The position numbers and the translations under genes are program-made. This document shows, in pieces, positions 57,248 to 64,000 of a stretch of 64,000 nt of DNA (positions are counted from its first letter, which is position 1; every line of letters begins with the position of its first letter). Source of the DNA: a virus (Duplodnaviria; Caudoviricetes); the IMG/VR virus record IMGVR_UViG_2877794441_000002, positions 2,912 through 66,911 of that record; one strand, written 5' to 3'. Under the pieces are notes generated by a model. That model made no database searches and had not been told where the DNA came from. It saw only the letters and a program-made list of their open reading frames with translations.

Positions 57248-57979
57248 CGGAATACGACTCATGTGCATGGTGTATCCGGTGCGCTTCTCCAGGGCGACGT
57301 ACTTAGCAAGCAGTGCTGGGTTATTCGCAGAGCCATTCACCAGGTCGTTCTTGCTGGCCATGATGCAAAACACGCAGCTGAGGCGTTCGTTGCCGAGCGC
57401 GTAGGCGTAGTGCGGTATCTGCCCTGCTGCTTCTATGATGCCGAACACCTCGACCGTCGAAAGCTCGTGCACCGGCAGCCACTCGAACCAAGTGTTCACG
57501 CTATTGCTGATGCCCATGCGACTAAATGGCTGGCGCTTGGCTCTTCCGGGGGACTCCTGTGCACGCATGTCCAAGCAGTTTACGATCACCTTGAAGCCAT
57601 TTGCCTTCGCGTAACGTCGTACCTCGCGCTGGATCGGGCCCCGCTTGAGATCGCTGGTGCACTGGCGATGGCTCGCCGATGGCCAGCTCGGCACCTCAGG
57701 GCGACTCTCGAAGCGCCGCTCGACCATCTCGAACAAGGTCTTGCTGGCCTTGGCCACGATGAAGGCCAGGCCGGCGGCGGCGGCCTGATCGCGGGCCAGC
57801 TCCAGCGCGCCATGCCACTCCAGCTCACCTAGGGAGGCGTGCACGACGACGATCTGTGCCGGCGGGATGACCTCAAGAAGCTTGATCAGCTGGACTTGGG
57901 AGTCCTTCCCGCCTGAATGATTGGCGACAAACAGCGCGCCGGAGGCCGCCAAAGCCTCAACGTCTTTAGGTATTTGCAT
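57227..57979 (-). CDS. PAPS reductase-family protein, copy 2
   Basis: Identical translation to 4473..5225. Confidence 0.88.
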   Translation of the reverse strand: MQIPKDVEALAASGALFVANHSGGKDSQVQLIKLLEVIPPAQIVVVHASLGELEWHGALELARDQAAAAGLAFIVAKASKTLFEMVERRFESRPEVPSWPSASHRQCTSDLKRGPIQREVRRYAKANGFKVIVNCLDMRAQESPGRAKRQPFSRMGISNSVNTWFEWLPVHELSTVEVFGIIEAAGQIPHYAYALGNERLSCVFCIMASKNDLVNGSANNPALLAKYVALEKRTGYTMHMSRIPLLRLII

Positions 57980-58060
57980 TGATTCTCCGCGCGCCGCCCT
58001 CGCCGGGGAGGCGTTATCGTTGAATAGGGGTGATATGCTTCGCCGCTTACCAGAAGGAGA

Positions 58061-58264
58061 GTGGTGATGCGTTTGCGTGAGAGGCTTCGAACGTTCCAGC
58101 TATGGTTCAATCCGAAGCGCAGACGGTGGTCAGGCGTGATGCTGATCGCGCTTGGGGTGGTCGGGATGTTTCTCAACCCGGAAAGCCGGTGGACCTTGGT
58201 GTTAGGAACAGGGATCTATTGGTTCTTCACGGCTTTACCACCAGTACTTGGCGGCAAGCGCTAA
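58061..58264 (+). CDS. Small membrane protein, copy 2
   Basis: Identical to 5307..5510. Confidence 0.7.
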   Translation: MVMRLRERLRTFQLWFNPKRRRWSGVMLIALGVVGMFLNPESRWTLVLGTGIYWFFTALPPVLGGKR

Positions 58265-58536
58265 GGCACCGATAGCTGAAGTACGAGAACTTTGAACTTC
58301 TGAGAAGCCTGATGGCTCTGAGCCAGTCCCGCTAAGCACAGGGCAAGGCGGCCTCTCAGAGATTCAGTCATGTTTTCGGAAGACTTCTACGGCGTGTTCC
58401 TGGTTGCCGAATCAGTATTGGCATTCACCGTGCTGGCAGTCGCATACCATTGGAACCGAGGCGCTTAAGCCCTTAGGGTAATCCAAGATGAGGGCTCCCC
58501 TCTTTCGGGTGGTGGCATTTTGATGTCGTATCGTGT

Positions 58537-58827
58537 TTGATGCTGCACAGGCCTTCTATGGAGAGAACCGGAGTGCTGACTATTGGCGTGGTTGAAAGGA
58601 TTAAGCAGGATCGTATCGCAATCTGGGTGGAGGAGCAGAGCGCCTACACCGTCATTGCGTTGCAGTCGACTGCCCAGATCGAGCAGGGCGATGTCATGTG
58701 CTGGCGTGACCCCTCCTCTACGGGATCATGTAATTACTGGAACGCGACCAAAGGCTGGAATGCTGAGGTGAGCGTGCAGGCTCAGGATGTCGCGATTGAT
58801 CTGCTAGGACAGCATCTCAACTGGTGA
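58537..58827 (+). CDS. Hypothetical moron, copy 2
   Basis: Identical to 5783..6073. Confidence 0.65.
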   Translation: MMLHRPSMERTGVLTIGVVERIKQDRIAIWVEEQSAYTVIALQSTAQIEQGDVMCWRDPSSTGSCNYWNATKGWNAEVSVQAQDVAIDLLGQHLNW

Positions 58828-59023
58828 CATTGGCGTGTGCTGGAGTGTTCCAATCCTGCCACCTACGGAGAAGCGTTGTCGTTGAATATGGGCAGGCGCT
58901 GGCGGGCGGCGCCGTCTGGGTGAATGTGGCAGGCAGGTGATATGCTTCGCCGCTCACCAAACAAGGATGGTGGTAATGGGGTTGCGAGATCGAGGAAGAT
59001 CGCCAAGATCAGGAGCTGCCGCG

Positions 59024-59431
59024 ATGAAGACCCGAACGGCATCATTCATAGGGCTCGCGATTTGGATAGCGTTTCTTTGGTTGGGAAAGCCATCTGCGTC
59101 GTTGATCAGCTATTCCGTGCCGTTTGGAATTGCTCTGATCGCCACAGGCCCCCTCGAACTGATCCCAGATCGTTGGCACAGGCTTAATTTCCTCGTCAAT
59201 GCCCTGTCGACTGGATTCTTCTTCGTCAGCATCATGTTTGCGATAGTGGCAATCTCTTTCGACCTGTCATTGAGCACAAGCGAGCGTTCGATTTTCTGCC
59301 TTGCTGGATGGGCAACGCTGTTGATTGTTTACCATTTCGCAATCCCTCGGCTGAAGCGGTCGCCTTTTCACCGACTCAGCGAGGATAGGGGGATGTACAG
59401 CCCTCCAACGGATGACGATAAACGGAACTGA
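59024..59431 (+). CDS. Four-TM membrane protein, copy 2
   Basis: A few substitutions relative to 6270..6677. Confidence 0.72.
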   Translation: MKTRTASFIGLAIWIAFLWLGKPSASLISYSVPFGIALIATGPLELIPDRWHRLNFLVNALSTGFFFVSIMFAIVAISFDLSLSTSERSIFCLAGWATLLIVYHFAIPRLKRSPFHRLSEDRGMYSPPTDDDKRN

Positions 59432-59486
59432 GATCAGATAGGCCAATGCCGGAGCAGATTAGTCGCTGGCGGGCAGCGCCGGATGG

Positions 59487-59882
59487 TCAGGCTCGGCGCA
59501 CCTTGAAGCCGAACATGCATTCGATATCGTGGTACTCGCACCGCTCGTAGGCTTTGTACTTGGCCTGCGATGGCGTGCAGGCGAACACATCGACGATGGT
59601 GCGATTGGTGATGTCCCACCAATCCCAGCCACTGACCAGAACCTGGTAGCGCTTCAGCGGAAGCTTCTAGGCCATCTCGCCGTACTGCATCTCCCAGGTG
59701 GGGTGGTAGTTACGGATGCGCTTCTTCGGGTCGCTGTCGAGGATTACGCCGATGTACTGACCGCGGTCGGCCATGATCACGCCAGGCTCGCCGTTGGCGA
59801 TGACGCGCCGGCCTATCTCAGCTGGTACGCCGTAATGGCGTCGGACGTAGTCGCAGTTGTAGTTGCTCATGGCTTTCTCCAT
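59487..59882 (-). pseudogene. Homologue of 6733..7128 with an internal nonsense codon
   Basis: GEMA-TAG-KLPL at 59667-59669 where copy 1 reads GEMAEKLPL. Confidence 0.85.
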
Positions 59883-59972
59883 GCATACGCCGCCCTCCGT
59901 GGCCGGATGCGGCATGGTGTCAAAATGGGGCGATAGGGTAGGATTGCAGGGTCTTTTCAAGGATGAATCGCA

Positions 59973-60191
59973 GTGAAGAAGCTCAAAGACCTAGAGGCCG
60001 CAGCAACCCGCTACCTGAGCAGATATTCCCGCAAGCAGTTTTTCTCAGTGTTCGTTGTTATCACTGCGGCCAACTACTGGCTTGCCTACAACGTCGACGG
60101 GTACAAGTCGATATGGCTGGCAATGATCGGAGGTTGGTTTTTCGGCATGACCTTTGCGCCGTTCCACTCCCAAAACAACTCGCCAAACTGA
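59973..60191 (+). CDS. Two-TM membrane protein moron
   Basis: Antisense, flanked by imperfect direct repeats. Confidence 0.7.
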   Translation: MKKLKDLEAAATRYLSRYSRKQFFSVFVVITAANYWLAYNVDGYKSIWLAMIGGWFFGMTFAPFHSQNNSPN

Positions 60192-60268
60192 CCCTTTGCC
60201 ATGGTGGCAATTTGGTTTGGGATGGGGTATTACGGGTGACCGGCATGGGATCGGGATAAGGATCAGTA

Positions 60269-60415
60269 ATGAAGAAATGGCGCGTGTATCTTCATGGGAA
60301 AAAGCTCGGGACGGTTTTTGCTGACACTGAATCAGAGGCAAAGATCGCAGCAGAAGATGAATTCGGATTGACCGACGATGAAGGGGATTCGCTCGATGTC
60401 GATGAGGATAATTGA
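60269..60415 (+). CDS. 48-aa acidic moron (MKKWRVYLHGKKLGTVFADTESEAKIAAEDEFG...)
   Basis: TAAGGA RBS; below the ORF-track cutoff. Confidence 0.55.
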   Translation: MKKWRVYLHGKKLGTVFADTESEAKIAAEDEFGLTDDEGDSLDVDEDN

Positions 60416-60417
60416 TA

Positions 60418-60951
60418 TCAGCGAGTGACTGCGATTGGACTGATAACTTCGTCGCCAGGATCCTGCTGAATCATCAGCATGCTCTTCCGGTCGAAGGCCA
60501 GGGCCAGGCGCGGCGAGATGCTGATCTCGTGCCGCGGCGGGGTTAGAAACTTCGCCGCGTGCACCCTGCCCAGTGCGTGGATGCCGTGGATCAGCGCCTC
60601 AATCATTTGGCTGTATGTGGCGTCAGCCCAGCCGCAGATCGCCCGCAGGTGCTGGCCAGTCCGCTTCCTTGCTGATAGCCGCAGCGGCTCAGTACGCGCC
60701 ACAAAACGGTGAGCTTCGATTTCGTGGCGCGCAATCCTGAACAAGGCGTGATGCCCGAGCGCCTCGACGTGATGAATCATCAGCGTCATCGCCTCGCCTT
60801 GTTCCTCGATCCCGGCCCATTCCATCAGTTCCAGCAGGGCCTGTTTAGTCCCTGGTCGAGCCTTCAAGCGCAGGTCTTCTTCCTGCAGGCGCTCGGCCTT
60901 GGCCCTGCGCTTCTCGTCACGCTGCTGCTGCGTCAGAGCCATCATCGCCTC
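60418..60951 (-). CDS. Phage hypothetical protein
   Basis: MALTQQQRDEKRR...ELMEWAGIEEQGEAMTLMIH. Confidence 0.75.
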   Translation of the reverse strand, partial: EAMMALTQQQRDEKRRAKAERLQEEDLRLKARPGTKQALLELMEWAGIEEQGEAMTLMIHHVEALGHHALFRIARHEIEAHRFVARTEPLRLSARKRTGQHLRAICGWADATYSQMIEALIHGIHALGRVHAAKFLTPPRHEISISPRLALAFDRKSMLMIQQDPGDEVISPIAVTR

Positions 60952-61282
60952 CATTGCGCACGAAGGTGGCGCCCGGCCCGATGTCGAGCAGGTCGCAGAC
61001 CCGATTGATGATCTTGAGCGCGGCGTCGAACACCTTGGCGTCGTCAGCCTCACGAGCCAGGCGCTTCATGTTCGGCTGGTGCTCCAGGCAGACTTTGTCG
61101 ACCAGGCGCCGTGCCAGCCTGCGCAGGTGATCGGCGCTGTCGTGCATGCGCAGGCTCAGCGCGAAGGCCAGGGCCACATCATCAGGCCGGTACTGGCCGC
61201 CGCTGCGGGTGATGTACAGCTTCTTGATCGGCCGATTCATCCAGGCCGGCAGGGTTACCACTCCAGAGGGTGCTTGCTGCAT
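60917..61282 (-). CDS. Phage hypothetical protein
   Basis: GGAG RBS; operon context. Confidence 0.75.
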   Translation of the reverse strand: MQQAPSGVVTLPAWMNRPIKKLYITRSGGQYRPDDVALAFALSLRMHDSADHLRRLARRLVDKVCLEHQPNMKRLAREADDAKVFDAALKIINRVCDLLDIGPGATFVRNGGDDGSDAAAA

Positions 61283-61363
61283 GTCTGTGCTCCGTGAGGC
61301 CGCTGGGCGGCAGGTGGAACTGTTCTTGCCGCCGGCGCTGGCGGACCAGGCTGTTGAGTCTTT

Positions 61364-61906
61364 TCATTTCCTGATGCGTACCCGCGGGAAGTCGATACTG
61401 TTGCGCTCAATGATCTTCACCAGCGTTCCGTAATTCAGGTCGAGCTGCTCGGCCACCTGGGCGCGGTGCAGGCCGGTATCGCGCAGGGCGCATATTTTCT
61501 GGACCACTTTCAGCTCCTCGATCCGCTTCAGGTTCCGCTGGATCTGGCGCTGGGCATCCCGCTTGCTGTTGGCTGACTTCTTCCGCTCGGCTCGTCGGAA
61601 AACAAAGTTGCCTTCGCGGGCGGCCCGGAATAGGGCCTGTTTGGAAATGCCGGTGGCCTCGTGAACCTGCTGGCAGGTCATGATCTTCGCCATCTCGGCC
61701 ACCGTTGCAACTCGGGCCTTCACCTTCTCCTTTCGCGGGGCTGGGTTAGGTTTCTTGGGCCTCGCCTTAGCGGCTGGCTTTGGCTGCGTATCGGGATGCT
61801 TGCGCGGCGGCAGCGGTCGATGGGTGAAGCCTTCAAGGACAACGAGCTGGCCACCAGAGGCAAAGAAGGCCGCTTTGGCGGCCTCCAGGTCGATTGATGG
61901 GTTCAT
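61364..61906 (-). CDS. HTH-containing hypothetical protein
   Basis: MNPSID start coupled to the exonuclease stop; HTH-like segments. Confidence 0.72.
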   Translation of the reverse strand: MNPSIDLEAAKAAFFASGGQLVVLEGFTHRPLPPRKHPDTQPKPAAKARPKKPNPAPRKEKVKARVATVAEMAKIMTCQQVHEATGISKQALFRAAREGNFVFRRAERKKSANSKRDAQRQIQRNLKRIEELKVVQKICALRDTGLHRAQVAEQLDLNYGTLVKIIERNSIDFPRVRIRK

Positions 61907-62670
61907 GCTGCCTGGCTCCTCAGCTGCTTTTCGTAGCCGTCCACGAGCAGCTTGAATTCCCACAGGTCCTGCTCAAGCTGTTCGATATAGTCGTCATCGC
62001 GCTTGAACTCACGCCACCAGAGCTGGCGGCCTACGGGCTTGAGGAGGGGGCAGTACATCCCGATGTGCCACCATTTCCGGCCAGTGATCCACATGCAGCC
62101 TTGCACCTGGTCGATGACGTCGCTGGCATCGTTGTCGATGTGGAGCGCGCGGAGCTTGTCCGGGGCCAGGAAGCACTTGTATTCGCTTCCGCCGTCTTCG
62201 CCGATGAAGCCGTCCGCGCTGGCGCCGAACGAGCCGTCGTCTGTTTTAACCAGGCCGACCTGCGTGACGATAAGGCCAGTCTGGATTTCATGCTCCATGC
62301 GCGCCTCCGGCTCCAGTTCATGGCCGCGGCGCATCTGCCAGGTCTCGAACCCTCCATCGAGCGGGGCGCCGCCTATGCGTTCGACGGCCAGCTCGAAGGC
62401 GTAGGTGAGGGCGGCATTCGATGGCTCGCCGACCGTTTCGCCATCTAGGGCGCGCTGCACGACCTCGGCCTTTGGACCGGCCTTGTAGCCTGCCAGCTCC
62501 ATAGCCTTGGATTCGCCAAGGCCCGCAAGCATGGCGTCAACGTATTTCTTCTGCTGGGCGTTCAGTCCGTTCACCCGTGAGCGTGCGGTGCTAAACATAC
62601 TGGCGGTGATCACTCCAGCGCGGGCCTGCAGCCACTCTGGCGAGCCCTGAGTACAATTGACGATGATCAT
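61903..62670 (-). CDS. YqaJ / lambda exonuclease-family recombinase
   Basis: QGSPEWLQARAGVITAS, RGHELEPEAR, GASADG, EYKC, QVQG. Confidence 0.92.
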   Translation of the reverse strand: MIIVNCTQGSPEWLQARAGVITASMFSTARSRVNGLNAQQKKYVDAMLAGLGESKAMELAGYKAGPKAEVVQRALDGETVGEPSNAALTYAFELAVERIGGAPLDGGFETWQMRRGHELEPEARMEHEIQTGLIVTQVGLVKTDDGSFGASADGFIGEDGGSEYKCFLAPDKLRALHIDNDASDVIDQVQGCMWITGRKWWHIGMYCPLLKPVGRQLWWREFKRDDDYIEQLEQDLWEFKLLVDGYEKQLRSQAA

Positions 62671-63314
62671 TGGCTTGCTCCCACTTGTGGTGCTGCGCTG
62701 AGCTGAGAGCCGCGAGCGCTAACCGCTACCTTCAATGCCTCGTAGAGCTCGTCGGCCGTTTTCTTGTCGGTGGCCTTTAGGTCCTGGGCGAACTTGACGC
62801 CCGCCTGCCATACCGCTGTGAGCGAGTCTTTGGAGTCAGCGGCGTAGGCCTTCGGGATCCACTCATTCATAAGCTCCCCAAGGCTTTGGGGTTGCTCACC
62901 GCCGCCGTTCCCGTCGTTGTCTTCGTTCGTCAGCACGACGTTGAAGATCATCATCGTCAGGTAGCGCCGGGCATAGCTGTAGGTAGAGCCATTGGCGTGC
63001 ACGCCGGTCTTGTTGACGCTGCCCTTGATGCCGGTCGAGTCGATTGGCAGGTCGACGTAGTAGCGCTTGGTGTGCCCGGCCTCGTGCATGCAGTCGCAGA
63101 CGGTGCGGATGTGCCCGGCCAGCGGACTGTCATCGGTACCGAACGAGAGGGAAAAACCGTGCAGCGTGTAGGTTGGGGCGATCTTCTTGTCGATCGACTC
63201 AAGGGCAGCATAAGAGCTGTTGGTCTGGCTGTTGTACTTGTCGCGGAACACCGGTCCGATCTCGGCCTGAGCGCGCACCATCGCGGCGTTGAATGCGGCG
63301 GAGGCAGAGCGATC
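62667..63314 (-). pseudogene. ERF-family single-strand annealing protein, 5'-truncated
   Basis: FNAAMVRAQ...YAALESID...GSTYSYARRY; the start is replaced by an opposite-strand fragment. Confidence 0.8.
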
Positions 63315-63702
63315 AGACCTCCGACATGATCTACAACACCATGGAGTCGGTGACCCAAGGGATTGGCGACAACACGGCGGAAGCAATCGTCCAAGGGAAA
63401 AGCCTCGAAGACTCCATGGCCAGTCTGGGGCGATCTATTGTCACGGACGTTCTGAGCTCGCTCATCCAGGTGGGTACCCGGTACGGCATAAACACCGCCC
63501 TGGAACTGGCCGGGATCGCCACCACCACGAGTGCCAAGGTAGCGTCCGAGGGCGTCAAGACCGCGGCCGAGGTTACCGGGATTGGCGTCGTCACTGGCGC
63601 CTCCCTCGCGGCTACCGCAACAACTACTACTGCACAGGTTGCAGCGGCAGGGACCACCTTGTCCGCCTGGCTGCCGGCGGCATTGGTTGCCTCGGTCGGT
63701 AC
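63305..63702 (+). pseudogene. Internal fragment of a tape measure protein
   Basis: Ala/Thr-rich, [13 protein letters not shown] motif; no genuine start. Confidence 0.7.
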
Positions 63703-63851
63703 GCTTGATGGATGGCATCAACGAGCGCTGGGGGAGGGGGACAGTGCGGGCCGCCAGCGTGCCGGCGATACCGGACTGGGGTATGAGGAGGGAGATGATG
63801 AGCCAATCCTATACGACACGGATCGACCAGCTATGGACGGTCAAATGTTAA
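63703..63851 (+). pseudogene. umuC: C-terminal fragment (DUF4113-like) of UmuC/RulB Y-family polymerase
   Basis: [15 protein letters not shown]...[14 protein letters not shown]. Confidence 0.85.
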
Positions 63852-64000
63852 GCCTGCCGTCCGCCTGGCTGGCCGAGCTGAATGACCAGCCGGCCTTGTT
63901 GACCGATCCCGATGGCAGGGCCGCGGTGCTCGTTGAGCTAGCGTTTTCCGCGCACCGACGCAGCGACGTTGACGAAGACCAGCTGGCAGACATGCTGTAG
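63845..64000 (+). pseudogene. Paralogue of 51126..51431, stops early
   Basis: AWLAELNDQ...[10 protein letters not shown]...DML then TAG where the paralogue has Glu. Confidence 0.65.

Larger units (their letters stand above)
54532..59882. repeat. Direct repeat of 1778-7128 (offset 52754 bp)
   Basis: All ORF coordinates shift by 52754; central ~2.5 kb appears identical by eye. Confidence 0.95.
52320..64000. mobile_element. Prophage 2, defective remnant related to prophage 1
   Basis: Integrase next to att, duplicated early arm, fused gene fragments, nonsense mutations. Confidence 0.9.

Noticed and set aside
54532-59882. Pure assembly duplication or circular permutation of one phage
   Set aside because: The copies differ by many synonymous changes and a nonsense mutation and have different flanks; read-level confirmation is still desirable
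63293-64000. Novel 235-aa protein
   Set aside because: Chance read-through across tape-measure, out-of-frame umuC and downstream gene fragments

Overview
Two tandem Pseudomonas (putida-like) lambdoid prophages joined at a duplicated 3' half of tRNA-Cys (52320-52370). Prophage 1 (1 to ~52370; its integrase presumably lies left of the window) looks nearly complete. It has a leftward early arm (Lar-like protein, C5 DNA methyltransferase, PAPS-reductase-family protein, LuxR-type HTH, ParB) interleaved with about ten short antisense morons, many of them membrane proteins. The cI/cro immunity region carries an AAA-ATPase + subtilase (IetAS-like) pair in the rexAB position. Replication (O-like + DnaB) is followed by a nin-like region with a second intact tyrosine recombinase, Q/pR', holins, an HK97-type head and a lambda-type tail with a 2417-aa internally duplicated gpJ. 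At the right end are three antisense lipoproteins, endolysin/spanins and a stack of att-arm remnants ending in different tRNA anticodon arms. Prophage 2 (~52320-64000+) is defective: integrase intact, excisionase fused and truncated, ~5.3 kb collinear with prophage 1 at a constant 52754-bp offset, then collapsed into ERF / tape-measure / umuC fragments. Best candidates for undescribed biology: the repeat-bounded antisense cassette array (possibly served by the orphan recombinase), the CDxxPxNQPGCY lipoprotein array beside the tail tip gene, a type-I-toxin-like 25-aa peptide unit, and the stacked att arms. All family calls come from motif recognition by eye; no database searches were run.
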